This document shows positions 1 to 30,540 of a DNA stretch of 64,000 nt, in pieces. The DNA comes from Amoebidium appalachense (lineage: Eukaryota > Protista > Ichthyosporea): positions 4,418,907 through 4,482,906 of the forward strand of contig CAVNZM010000001.1 in the NCBI GenBank assembly GCA_963693365.1, read 5' to 3'. Position 1 is the stretch's first letter; each line of letters opens with the position of its first letter. The notes beneath the pieces are model-generated. The model ran no database searches and was not told where the DNA came from. It saw only the letters and a list, made by a program, of their open reading frames with translations. Both the position numbers and the translations under genes were made by a program.

Positions 1-37
1 CGAAAAAAAGGGAAGGGAGGGGGGAGGGAAGAGGAGG

Positions 38-256
38 GCTGTGTTTCCATATTTTGTGTTTATATGTGAATTTTCCGGGAGAAATTTTCCCTTTCTCCCC
101 CGTGTCCCCCCCCCCCTCCCTCCGCCCCAGCCTGCCCGGTCACGGTCTCTATTCTTTCTAATGTATTTTTTTGTTGGGGATATGTGTGTGTGTATTTGGC
201 ACCGAATGTTGTTTTTACTGACAAGACAATCGCTTGTGTGTGTGTGTGACAGTGTG

Positions 257-288
<32 letters not shown>

Positions 289-378
289 CACATGTGTGTG
301 GTGTGTGAGGAACGACAAAGGAAAGAAAAGATAAAGGGGGACACACACACACACATACACTTACCTACCGAAGTCCCT

Positions 379-412
<34 letters not shown>

Positions 413-469
413 ACCACCACCACCACCAATCCTCGAAGAAAGAGGAAAAAGAAAGGAAAAAAGGTAGAT

Positions 470-523
<54 letters not shown>

Positions 524-800
524 GGTAAGTGTACGTATTAACCCCATGCACATCTATGTATGAAAGAGGCAGGAGAAAAGGAGAGGAAGGAAAGGGGACG
601 CTGTATTTCCATATTTTGTGTTTATTTGTGAATGTGGAAGAAATCTTCCATTTCTCCCCCGTTTCTTCCCCCCCTCCCCCCCCTCTCCCGCCCGGTCACG
701 GTCTCTATCCTTTTTAATGTTTTCTTTGTGTTGTAGATATGTGTATGTGTATTTGCCACCGAATGTTTTTTTCACTGAGGAGACAATCGCTTGTGTGTGA
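38..800. repeat. Diverged direct duplication (about 38-250 and 600-800) in the putative Helitron intron
   Basis: Both copies read gctgtRtttccatattttgtgtttat...gcccggtcacggtctctat...ccgaatgtt...gacaatcgcttgtgtgtg. Confidence 0.8.
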
Positions 801-930
801 ATGTCCGTGTGCATGAAGGAGAACAGAAGACACAAAAAGAAAAACAAAGGGACAGGGAGAGGAGGGGGGGGGAGGGGGAAGGAGTGGGGAAAAAAAAAAA
901 AAAAAAAGAAAAAGATAAAAAGGGGAACAG

Positions 931-1037
<107 letters not shown>

Positions 1038-1511
1038 GCAAAACAAAGGGAAATGGAGAGGAAAGAAGGAAGCAATCGAGGAGGAGGGGGGGAAGGGGGA
1101 GGGGAAGGGCAGGGACAGGATAGACAAAGGAAAGAAAAGGCAAAAAGGAACACACACGCATACCCTTACACACGAAAGTCCCCCCCCCCCCCCCCCCCCC
1201 CCCCCCTTGAAACAGACAGATCAAAAAGCGGTGATAGTACTGTAAGTGTGTGTGACACTGTAGATGGATGTGTGTAAAAACATATACACTAAAACATACT
1301 AATCACCCTCCTCTCGCCCCTCCCCCCCCCCCTCCCCCCCCTTTGCCCGGCCTGCAAGTCTCCCTTTCCTTCCCTCCCCCCCCCCCCCCCCTCCCCCCCT
1401 CCCCCTTCCCTCCCCCTTGCCTGCCCCTTCCTCTTTCCTTTTCTATATCTCTCCCTCTCTCTCTCTGCTTTCCGCTTTCTTATTTATTTCTATTTTTACT
1501 TTTAACCACAG

Positions 1512-10617
<9,106 letters not shown>

Positions 10618-10963
10618 ATACATTACTGGAACAAGTCAGTCTAATAGCCATAGGTGGGTGAATAATTGGGTAGGATAGTGGATGGGTGGGTGGGAAAGCG
10701 TACCTCACTCTTTTTTTTCTTTTTTCTTTTTTTTTTTTCTTTGGAGGAGGGGGGGAAGGGGGGAGGGGGGAGGGACGAAGGAAAAGGCAAGGGGGGAAGG
10801 GGCAGGGTCGTTCATAGGTGAGTGCATGAGTGTGTAGGTGGTAGAAGTGTGTGTGTGTGTGTGTGTGTGTGCGTGTGTATGCTGTCCGTGTATGCGTGCC
10901 TGTGATCCATGCTTGTGTGAGTGTATGCGTGTGTGTATGAGTGTTGGTATTTGTGTGTGTGTG

Positions 10964-11014
<51 letters not shown>

Positions 11015-11108
11015 TGTGCGTGCGTGTGTGTGTGTGTGTGCGTGTATGTGTGTGTGTGAGTGTACGTGCGCGCACGTGTGTATGTACCACTCCTCCTCCT
11101 CTCCCCTC

Positions 11109-11235
<127 letters not shown>

Positions 11236-11274
11236 GACATTCTTCTCTTTCTCCTATATCTCGTGAATATGATT

Positions 11275-11677
11275 TGTACACGTTGTGGACACGGTACAAA
11301 CAGAGTGGAATCCCCACTCACAAACCTTGATTCAATGGTGTACGTATGATGGGAAGATATACCCACACGGTACAAAATGGCGTACGCGTGATGGGAAGAC
11401 ATACCCACACGGTACAAAGTAGTGTACGCGTGATGGGAAGACATACCCACACGGTACAAACTGGTGTACGCGTGATGGGAAAAACATGCCCACACGGTAC
11501 AAAACAGTGGAGTCTCCACTCAGAAAATCTGATTCAATGGTGTACACGTGATGGGAAAAACATGCCCACACGGTACAAAAGAGTGCAAACCCACTCTGAA
11601 TTTTCAATGGTGTACACGTAGTGGATGAAACATGCCCACACGGTACAAAGAGAGTGGAACCCCCACTCCACAATTTC
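11275..11677. repeat. Minisatellite of 42-43 bp palindromic units with interspersed 27-35 bp hairpin inserts
   Basis: Unit tggtgtacRcgtgatgggaaRacatRcccacacggtacaaa at 11336, 11378, 11420, 11462, 11538 and 11608, with a partial copy at 11275. Inserts contain (g)agtgg..ccactc. Confidence 0.9.
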
Positions 11678-11838
11678 TGTTTTGGACATGTGTCTAAAAG
11701 CACATAGCCACCCATCTGCAAAGAAAAAGTCATTCTGTTTCCGTGGGGAGAGTGTTTATCAACAGCTCTTTCCCCTCCCTCCCTCCCCCTCCCCTCAAAC
11801 CACTACCACCACCATCACTATCACCACCACCACCATCA

Positions 11839-11941
<103 letters not shown>

Positions 11942-12195
11942 GCACGCGCGCGCGCAACTCATTTGGCCTGCTCTCGGCAGGGAGCGCGGGGGGGGGGGGG
12001 GGGGGAGGGGGGAGGGGGGAGGGGAAGGGGAGGGGGGGGGGGGGGGGGGACATGACAGCTACAATCCAGACATGCTAAAGTTGGGAAAGTTTCATTGGCT
12101 CTCTGAAACACACGGCATACACACGTACACACGCGTACACACACACACACACACACACACGTGTACAGACCGTGACCCCGATACGTACACACACA

Positions 12196-12321
<126 letters not shown>

Positions 12322-12918
12322 GACACACAACTTTCCCCTTCTACCTATTAACCAAATTGTTCCCCTACACACGCACCCACGCACACACATACACACACAT
12401 GCACACACACACACACACACGTGCCCGTACACACATGCACACGTACACACCTCATTTCCGTGGCCTGCTCTAAGCGGGGAACAGGGGCCCCGAGGGGAGG
12501 GGGGGGGGAGGGGGGGGGGATCCATACTTCCTACTCACCAACTGGGAAGCTAATGGATGTTTCAGCCTAACCTTGCCGGGCTAATGGCTTGAGAGATATC
12601 GACGGATATAAATACCAAAGGGGAGGGGGGCGGGCGGGAGGGGGGAGGAGGGGGACAGCTACAATCTACACACACACAAACACACGTGCGTACCCACACA
12701 CACACACACATACGCACGCGTACACACGTGCACACTCCGTACACACACACAGACACACACACACACACACCTATACTCCGAAACACATGCACGTGTATGC
12801 CACGTGCAATAATCTGATTGGCACACAAACCTCCATTGTGTCGCAAGTTGCAACGACTGGCAGTCTGCAGGTAATTGCCACAGTATCACACGCACGCATG
12901 CACGCACGCACACATACA

Positions 12919-13018
<100 letters not shown>

Positions 13019-13386
13019 ACAAAAGCTTAAACAGAACGGGAATGGGGAAGAAAAAACCACGGGTAAGAGAAGGGAACAGCAATGGAAGGGAACGAAAGGG
13101 ATCAGGGAAACAGAGCAAGCAACGGGAAGAGCACGAGCAATCAAACAACAAGGGAAGAGCAAGGTATAAGGGGAAAACAGCAACGGCCGATGAGTCCCAC
13201 AATTCAGATTCCAGCTGAAAATAAAAAATCTTTATTCAGATATGTAAACGAGTCACAAATCTCCAAAAAAACAACACGCACAGTCCCCTCTTTAACCGCA
13301 ACTGTCATAAATTATTATTCTGGCATATATACACCAACTACAAAACGTAGCGATCGCATTCAGTTCGAAGTCTATCCGGTTTCAGC

Positions 13387-13740
13387 ATGGCAGCTGACGG
13401 TGGAGAATTGATGGCACTACATACCGATTTCAGAGGGTATTTACCTTCTCTCTCTCCAATTCAACTGAAAAACCCGAAGCATTACTGTTTAGCAACAGGA
13501 ACGCTGAAGTTCCCCAACTGTTTCAATCCTACAGATCGATGGGGTGCCGGCACATGGTCGGTATATTTCAAAAGTGACACACATGGAGTCTACGGGAAAC
13601 TGCATGTAGTACCAGCCATACAAAAGGTTGAAGGGCACGGACCAATTCACCAAAACGAGAAAGTCAACGTACGTTTTCATTTCCATTGTGTTCTGGTGAA
13701 GAAAGAATACAAGGCACTCCAGTGTACTTCCACGCAATAG
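13387..13740 (+). CDS. Hypothetical 117-aa beta-rich protein
   Basis: ATG-to-TAG ORF in complex, non-repetitive sequence. No family recognised. Confidence 0.3.
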   Translation: MAADGGELMALHTDFRGYLPSLSPIQLKNPKHYCLATGTLKFPNCFNPTDRWGAGTWSVYFKSDTHGVYGKLHVVPAIQKVEGHGPIHQNEKVNVRFHFHCVLVKKEYKALQCTSTQ

Positions 13741-14018
13741 GAACACAATTGCTTTCAACTCCAACTTTAACGAATGGTGATTTCATAAATCCCTAAATCA
13801 CCGTCGACAACAACACCGCGACAGCAACAGGTACAGCCTTCCCATACCTACGTACGGTTGTTTACCGTTATTTATCACTGGTATGCCGGTAGTGAAATGT
13901 AATTGGTTGTTGCTGCAAAGAAAATGTCTTTCTGTTGCCGTGGGGAGAGTGTTTATCAACAGCCACTCCCTACCACTCACACGCGCATACCATATCATGT
14001 GCACGCAAACACACACAA

Positions 14019-14049
<31 letters not shown>

Positions 14050-14055
14050 CCTCTC

Positions 14056-14091
<36 letters not shown>

Positions 14092-14169
14092 CACACACGC
14101 ACACACGCACTGCAGACACACACGCACGCACACACACACACACACACACATGTGTGCACAATACACACA

Positions 14170-14229
<60 letters not shown>

Positions 14230-14251
14230 CTGCATCCTCTCCCCTTCCCCT

Positions 14252-14289
<38 letters not shown>

Positions 14290-15497
14290 CCCACACACAC
14301 ACACCCATAACACCCAACACACACAAATCAACACACCCGCACTGCATAAGTGCCTAACTCCTCTCATATGGTAGCTCCCCCGCCCGCACACACACATGCA
14401 ACTTCCCTCTCCCTACCCGATACCTCTTCTACCTCCTCCCCCAACCCGCCTCTCCTTCACCTCCCCCACACACGCACACACACACACGCGCGCGCGCGCG
14501 CTACGCTTCCCCACTGCCTCGTATGGAGATTGGGCCACAGATCGAGGCTCCGCCGAGATCAGTTTTATCGTAAATATATACTATCTTACTGGTATCGCAA
14601 ACCAGCGATATACTCGCGCGTTGTTAGCTATAGATGTATTCAAAATTTAAGATGATTTCCCATGGCTTTTATTAATAGTACTACGGCACATACTGGCTGT
14701 ACTGGTCCATCGCCATTCAGTCATATTTGATGACCACAAATAATTGATATCCGCACATAAGATACTTAGCCAGATCTGGGTGCCCCCCGGGCCAATGATT
14801 TCTTTTTGCATGAATTCGAAAGAAACACATGTCGTGCATGCTGCTACAGCACCTAATATGTGCGGACATACAAAAAACACATTGATAATGTGCTGCCTGT
14901 CACGGCGTATCCGGGGTGTGCATGTATGTATGTACCCAAAACCCAACGAAGCGCAGCTAACATATCGATAATTATGTATATTTGTCACAATTCAAGTTGC
15001 CCGTACGTGCACGACTCTATTTCCAGCTCACCTGTGGAATTCTGTCTCGCTCTCTCTCTGATCATCAAGGCTTCGCGAGTCATTCAGGGCATTCACCGGC
15101 CACACTTAGACAGACGTAACATTACCAGCCGTGCGGGCCCCGGGGGAGCGGGGGGGAACAAATTATTGTCAGTGAGAATGATGATGTATATGTTTTTGCA
15201 ATGCATGATCATCGACGGAGCTCGAGGTTGAAGTCTATCATGTGCACGTGGGGGGAGGGGAGGGGGAGGGTACCCGGTGGCAACGCCACTTGCCGTTACC
15301 ACAGCACTTGGCGGGGACCTTCGCGACCGTCCTGACCATATATCCGCCAGACACAATGCACACGTGTGTCGATGCATATATACTTCAAAATTAATGAACG
15401 ACGTGGCACCCTTCAGTTTATTTGAGCATTGGTAATGCGATGAGAAGCCCGCGGCTACCCTCGTACATGTACCAGACCAAGTATGTACGTGCATGTG

Positions 15498-15564
<67 letters not shown>

Positions 15565-15887
15565 GTGTGTGTGCCTAGGATTGGTGCCTTGTGCACCTTG
15601 TAAGTGGGTGCACTGCAAAACATCCACACAACTGCACACAAAGGCGACTACTTACAAGACTGTTAGAATTCTGCCAGCAGATTCAGAAAAAACATGATGA
15701 GAAACCACGCGGCAAACACATTCAAGAAATCACCAGAGCATAGATACATTACATTAAGTAAAACGGTCCGGCAAAACGGTTTTTAACCAACACTTCGACA
15801 TGGCATTGCAGAACTCACAAGTCCGTTGATGTATTGAATAGCAAACACAGAACACTTCATGCTGCTATGAAGCCGAGGGTCCCAAAT

Positions 15888-23358
<7,471 letters not shown>

Positions 23359-24867
23359 CTTGAACCAATGCCCACACTTGGTACCGTATTATGATATTGG
23401 CCGTGAGCGTGTGTGGTTAATAAAACCTAACCTATAGGCCCAAGCTCAGGGGAACACAGCCGTTTGAAAAAATAGAGCTCGAGCTCGACCTTGGAAGGGT
23501 TGGAGACATCGGAAGGGGGGGCAGCTATCATAGTTACATCCATATAAAGATGTTTGCAATCGCAATCGCAATATATCACCCTGATCGAGATTCTTAAAAT
23601 AGTGTTTCAATAGTCGCCATCAACTATATTTAGCACGCAGCCCCTTGCTTGGCCCGGCAGGTTCGTTTTCGGGGCGTGCCACTGAAGTCTCGCGCGCGCA
23701 CTTTGTTTGAGGCAGTCGGTTCGAAGGCTCAAACGATAACATGGTATGCGGTTGCATGTAACCTTGAAGTAGCAATGGTAGTGATTCTTTAGCTTTTCAT
23801 TGCATGGCAGGGAATGCCGGTTGGATAGGAGGAAGTGTGTTTTTTTACATTTGAACGATAGCGGAGGGAGAGGAGGGACAGAGAGGTAGGGAGGTGCTGA
23901 GCGTGTTGTTCGCCTGCAGATAGTGTACTCCTCTGTTATGTCAGAAACCAGCCAGTCCACCAGAACAGATTTGGCTTTAAGGGTTCTATGACCGACTATA
24001 TAACACCGCTCGCGTCCTTTCAGTTGTTGCTCTTTCTACTGATCGTCGTTTTTTTACACACCGTTTTTGTCATCACCCCGCCGGACACTCGTTGCAGTTG
24101 CACAAGTATAAGGTCAGGGTAGCTCCTGCGATCGAGGCTTGATTTGCAGTTTGAAAGGGGATTCACATAGTCGGCTGGCCAAAGGATTTCATCACGCCTC
24201 TTGTACTGAGCTCCCTCTGCCGACCTGCTCATCGGTTGAGACACGGTGCCAAGGGGTAGTAAAGAGCATGAGTGACTGGCTGCGGTTTGAGACAGTCGTA
24301 GTTGGCTGCTCTGCGATGGGAACTTAGTATCCTCCATATTTGAAAGGATGGTGGCGTTGGTTGCTTATGGATTCATTTGCTGCAGGGGGGAGTGAAGAAG
24401 TTCGACTACCCCAGATACGTCTGGTCTCCGGCCGGCGGCTGGTGGTGCAACCCCCCCAACTGGAAGTAAGCTCCCCCTTTCCCCCCCTCTCTCCTCCCCT
24501 CCTCTTCCCTCGGGGGTTGTATTCCCTAAGCATCGTTACAGCTGGTTATGGGTCCGCATTCTTGGCCCTGGATACATCTCCCCCCCCCTCCCCCTCTTTT
24601 TTTCTCTCTCTCTCTCTCTCTTCCCCCCCCCCCCCCCCCCCCTCTCCATTCCCCGAAAATTCCCATTCTTCGTTTCAAGCACAGAAAAGAGATATGTTTC
24701 CATCTTATACATCCACTCCTCGTATTGAGTAAAGCCTTGATAACACAGAAGGGCATTCGTTAAGCTGCATCACAAGCAGATTTCGGACGTGTTATCACAA
24801 TATGTATGTGTGTTGGTGTGTGTATCTATGTATGTGTGTGTGCGTGTGTGCGTGCGCACTATGTGCA

Positions 24868-24905
<38 letters not shown>

Positions 24906-25672
24906 CGTGCGTGCGTGTGTGGATGCCGTGGTTGGTGTGTGCGTGTGCGCGTGCTTGTGTGTGTTTGTGTGTGTGTGTCTGTCTCTGTGTCTGTCTGTCT
25001 GTGTGTGTGTGTGTGTGTGTGTGCGCGCGCACGTGTGTGTGTGTGTGTGTGTGAGCGCTCGCGTGCGTGCTCACGTGCATGCGTGCGTGCGCGCATGCTA
25101 CTGAAATAATGAGCTTGTGCTTTTTTGGACATAGACGGCACGTGTGCTTGTTGGGGTGTTTGTGTAGGGCAGAAGTGGGCGGAAAACTGGGTAAGAAATT
25201 GCATGGTGCCTTTTCTAGTCACGGCACACAGGAGGCTAGGTAGAGAAATGTCGCAAGAAATGAAGTCGGGGATCGTCGTCCGTCGAGGGATCTAGTAGGA
25301 CACATGGCCAAGGGGCAGAGAACTCACACAGCCCTCTGCAGGCGCAACACAATGATTGCTGCTGCCGCCTACATTGCCGTCCTCACACCCTTCTTTATGC
25401 TCTCAAACAAAGTCACGGTGCGTCATGCCTCCCCTCCCTTCCCCCCCCACAATGTGTACTTCGTACTCTATGGAACATTCAATCCCCCATATATTTTTCT
25501 TGCTTCTGCTTACTGCTGCAACTATAACCCCCGGCCTTTCCCACTGACCTTGCCTGTATAAGCAACCCTGCTCGTCTCTGATCAAGACGGGTGACCTACT
25601 CATGTTCAAGTGAAACAGTATCTGAGTTGGGTTTCGTTAAGGAGGGGAATAGGTCGAAACTCGGGTACTGTG

Positions 25673-25823
25673 GATGACGTGGGCCCCCCCTGAGGATGGG
25701 CTCTGCTTATTATGCATACTCTTTATGTATGGCTTGCATTCTGCATCGTGTTATCCGTTTGTTCTTGTGTACTTCGTACTTTTTGACGCATTCAAACCCC
25801 CCCCCCCCCCCCCCCCCCCCCCC
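25673..25823 (+). mobile_element. Dispersed repeat copy A (putative 3' end of a non-LTR element, ends in poly-C)
   Basis: Nearly identical to 63389-63538(-) and similar to 41650-41811. A further 3' fragment lies at 25453-25488. Confidence 0.6.
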
Positions 25824-26796
25824 GTCCCGCGCCAGCCAGCCTGCCCCGCCTTGCTCCTCTCAGAAAGGCCTTCCCCTTCTCCGCACGTGTCAATTTTTTT
25901 TTTGTGTGTGTGTGTCTTGAGTTTGTGGACTCTAGTACGATGCATGCATTAACTTTTGCTCTGGGCAAGGTCATGCCTAAACACCACAATATCCCTCTCT
26001 CATGTCCTCCGCGCACGCATATTACGTGTGTACGTGTCACAGGCAGACACGAGCTTGGAGCATATTCTGGTTTAGGGCATGACGACAGCTTGCACTATTG
26101 CATTTCATACGCAGACACATGCATGCATGCATGCACTGACGCACTCAACTGGTCACATATGTGGTGAAAAAGCAAAGACTTGCCGACATGAGCATAACGG
26201 CACACCTGCACTAGTATACATATGCCCCCACACATGTGCGCACACATGCATGTAGAGGCACACACACGTACACGGACTTTGCACGTAAACACACTAATGG
26301 GTACCTTTCAAAAGCATGCTCTGTGGTGGCAGGCACGCTTTTGGGATTATGTTGCGCAACGTCAACATTCCTAGGGCCTGCCTGTCCATAGCTCACCTGC
26401 TGCAAAACAAGCACTGTTGCTCGGTTGTGTACGATGAGACATGCACGGCTGTGTAAAAATGCATTTCACATACACTTTGGCAACGGCAGCTTTTGTAAAT
26501 TCATCTGCAGATATCTTTCATTTTTGTTGCGAGCAGGTATACTTGATCACAGTTAAACTAAGAACACTCACAACTAGACCTGTTCAGGACATGCACACAC
26601 ATAACTTTAGCGCACTATGTGTGTCGGAGCAAAAGGAACGTGCTTTCCCCCTTCTTTCTGCTGTCCTCACCTTTGTCTTGACAAACGGACATGCTCATAA
26701 TTGCTTAATTACACTTGGTTAGTTTTCCTCGTCGAGGTGCTAACACACATGCGTACCTGCACCCCCGGGGGTGGATCCTCTAGAAGAAGGATGGGT

Positions 26797-26827
<31 letters not shown>

Positions 26828-27113
26828 GGGGGAGGGAGGGAGAGAGGGAGAGAGAGAAAAGAGGGAGAAAGAGGGGGGAGGGGGCGGGCACAAGTAGGCT
26901 GCCGTTGCTGCATCGTTTACTTGTGGTGGGCACATTCAGAACTAAGTGCGTCTTGGCATTCCCCTGGGGGTGCACACGTATTTGCATGTGGTCTAAAAAC
27001 CAATTGTTATAACAGGAGAAGTACCCTGCCAACCGCCGCTACCCACAACACCAAGAGGTGAGTCAGTGTTTGTTTGTACCTGTGTGTGTGTTTCCGTGTG
27101 CATGCACTCGCAG

Positions 27114-27161
<48 letters not shown>

Positions 27162-28321
27162 ACGTGTGTGTGTGTGTTTGTGTGTACGCACGTGTGTGTG
27201 TGCGCGTGTGTGCGCGCGCGCGTGCATGTGCGTGCGGGTGTGGGTTTGTGTGCTTGCATATGCACTTGTGTGTGTGTGTGTGTGCACGCGCGCGCGTGTA
27301 CGTGCATGGGTGGCCACATGTATGCGCGTGTTTGGGCAAGCGCGTGCATGGATGCATGCATGTGTGTGTGTTGCGTACGCCGTGTGTTCATTTTTTTCTG
27401 TGTGCCTGCATTCACTATGCCTACTGTATTCGTGGTGGGGGACACACGTATGTGATTTGGTGATCTGGGATGGCCATGTGTGGAGGCATTTTTTTTTTTT
27501 TTAAAGGCGGCTGTGGCAGGGGTTGGCTGAAGGTGGAAGAAGGGGAGGGGGAAGGGAGGGAGAGAGAGAGGATCGAGGGGTGGGAGGAGAGAAGAATGGT
27601 CTGGGCAATTGCTGGGAAGCGAACCGTGTGCGGGATGGGGTAGACATGTGGGCTGGTTGTGTGTTGTGGCCTCGGAATTTTATTCCTCACTCTATGCACG
27701 CATATCAAATCTAAGGGTTGAAACATGGATCGATGGGTTCTACTGTTGTTGCGTACCAGGTGTCCTCGTCCTCGTTTGTGTTATGTACATGATGCCCGGC
27801 ACTGCTCCTCGTTTCGTCTCTGTATTTGAACACGTGGGACAGCAAATCAGCACAAAAAAGCATGCAACATAAGTAAAGGTTCAACGGGGCGGGGGAGGGG
27901 GGGGGGGGGGGGGGGGGTATACTTGTGAAATAACCTATGGCCTCCACGTCATCATCTATTCTCTCTGCGATATGGGAAGGGGGAAGTGTGGCCAATATTG
28001 ACACAGGGGGTTTGCAGAGCCACGGACACCACTAGCTGGTGGAGGGCAGGACGGGAGGGGGAACACATGCCTTGGGCTGCTGGCAAAGAGAAAATAAACC
28101 ATCAGCCTGGGCTGCCACTGTGTGAGACGTGGGCATTTGAATTGTGTCAGATGAGGTTTCATGTATCACCGACCATAGGTTATCTCACATGCAATCCCCC
28201 CCCCCCCCCCCCCCCCACCACCACCACCACCACCAACCCACCCAAAAAAAAAAGGGGGGTGGGAAGAAAAAAGCACGGGCTCCGCGCAAGATAAATGTTG
28301 CATAATTTATGCTGGCTGTGT

Positions 28322-28475
28322 GTTCCATTCATTCAAGAGTATTTTGTTTTTCAGGAACCATTTTTCGTCTTCTTTTTACAACTTTCTTTGTAGGCTGTGT
28401 TCTACCATCCATTCAAGAGCATTTTGTTCTTCAGGAGCCATTTTTCGTCTTCATTACAACTTTCTTTGTACTTTT
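28322..28475. repeat. Tandem duplication of about 83 bp
   Basis: ccatYcattcaagagYattttgttYttcaggaRccatttttcgtcttc...acaactttctttgta occurs twice. Confidence 0.85.
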
Positions 28476-28526
28476 ACTCCTACCCACCTGTGGCTTGAAG
28501 AATCCGAGAAAGCAACCCTAGTGCGC

Positions 28527-28560
<34 letters not shown>

Positions 28561-28568
28561 TCCCCTGA

Positions 28569-28627
<59 letters not shown>

Positions 28628-30339
28628 TGTGTTGTGGGAGAGGGGGGGGGGGGAGGGGGAGGGGGGGGGGAGGTTATATCCGCACTGCTACGTACGGTAC
28701 GAGTACGGATGGTCGTGGGTAGTGATCTAAGTGGCACAGGTCGACTCGGGGCCACCAATTGCTGCACCTCTCCATGGCATGGAGAGCTGGCAAAGTTGCA
28801 CTTGGCCAGCTTGCCATGTCACACAGCACACACGAGTAAGAAAAACAAACAAGAAAAGTTGTGAAGACCTCTCAGATCTGCCTGTGAAACGCTTGTGAAA
28901 GGTGGTTTTCCGCCGTACCAAAGTGAAATTGAACTCATTGTGCACATGAACTTTGCAATACACACGGTGATGTTCGTTGTAAAAATGCAATTCAGTACTC
29001 CGTCACTGCCCTCTACTGCACCACACATGTCCCCCCCCCCCCCCTCCTTCAGGAAAAAAAAAAATATAAAAAAAAAAGAAGAAGAAGAATTTGAAGAAGA
29101 AGGCAAGAAAAAAGGCGCAACTGCGCAATGCTTTAGAGGGCAATCTGAGGCGCCTGCGATCTTGTGACATTGCACCGGCTACCCTTTGCGTGAGGGAAGA
29201 CCTACACTGTCCAGACACTGTTGTCAAGCTTCAGGTTAGCAAAAGGCCACACCAGCGCCACCCAGGTCTTGCCATCAAGGTCTTGTAATAGAACACTATC
29301 TTACTGTGCATGGACACAGCCTATACATAAGCTGCAGCTTCCCTTAATGAGCACACACACTGACGGCACTGTGAACATAAAATTTACTCTTCACACTCTA
29401 CACGAAGAAAAAACGTGTTGGCAACACATGCCGCACACAAAAAATTACTTCCTGCGGCACGAATGCCCATCCAAGCGTGAAACACGCACGCCAACGAGCA
29501 CTCGTCGTAGAAAACCATAACGGTTACCGATGTCTGTTAATTATGCTTTATATAATAGTTTACCCACGCAGTCTCCCTGTCCGTGCACTGTTGGACGTGC
29601 CCAAAAGGGAAGAAGCAAAGTCTACCCTGCCTTGGCCTGTATTCCTTCCATCTCTGCTACAGTCAAATCTGTAACACAGCATTCACTAAAAACCGAACAA
29701 CGTGAGTAAACTGGTAACGTTGCGATGGTGTGATACGAAGGGGGCCCTACGTAAAAGTGTGCGGTGTTTCCTGCTGGTCAGCTGTGCCAAGCCATATCAC
29801 ACTGCTGTCAGGCATGCCCAGGCCTAGGCACGCGTAAACAAAGCCCGTGCATGCCTGTGAGATCTATGCACTGCGCATTGGAAGATTAGACAACAACCCT
29901 ATTACACATCAGCTGGCGATATGCGCACTTGTTCAAAAGCGGTCACTGAACGATGGTGCATGACGGCCCACGCACGTACACTACGGTACACGATATCGAC
30001 TTCCGATAGTGTAATAACTGATTGAAGCGAGGTTTTACACGATCAAGGATAATGAGCACAAACTTGGACATAAAAGTAGTGGATTTCAAGCTAAGTATAT
30101 AAGGTAAAAGGTCCAAAACCACTATTTTGAGTTACTCGATATTTCATGTAACTATCCAATAATCGATTTTTCTTTAGGATGCTCATGTAGTTATGGAAAT
30201 ATGGCTGAATTAATTTTATGCCCAACTTAGGGCCAAATTGAAGTTCGAACATTCTTTCCACGATCGTTTACTTCTATAGATGTACATTTAGGAGGCAAGA
30301 AAGCATGTGCCGTGGCCGCCGGCTGCATTGGCATGCGAG

Positions 30340-30540
30340 CCCCAATTGCATTTTATCGTTCTTCTATCCAAAATCTATCCGCTTATTGGCGGATGCTGTG
30401 CCAGCCAGCACTTCTGATTCGATAAGTTATCCTTTAGCGTTTCTGATTGGTATTTGGTCAGAAAGAGTTGTGACGACATCAGCACCTGCGTTGGTGGTAT
30501 CCAATAAAATAGTGGATTACTGCTCAGCCGCCAATGACAT
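30340..30540 (+). promoter_or_regulatory. Cluster of CCAAT/ATTGG boxes upstream of the Ubl-AN1 gene
   Basis: ccaat, attggc, ctgattgg, atccaat and gccaatga within 200 bp of microsatellite-free sequence. Confidence 0.3.

Noticed and set aside
11275-11677. CRISPR array
   Set aside because: The 'spacers' are homologous to each other or absent, there are no cas genes, and the context is eukaryotic.
15277-15312. Helitron 3' end (hairpin gtggcaacg/cgttaccac)
   Set aside because: Followed by CTTG rather than CTRR, and there is no second copy to confirm a boundary.
25688-25715. Hammerhead ribozyme in the dispersed repeat (CTGAGGA + stem)
   Set aside because: No GAAA after the stem, and copy C has TTGAGGA.
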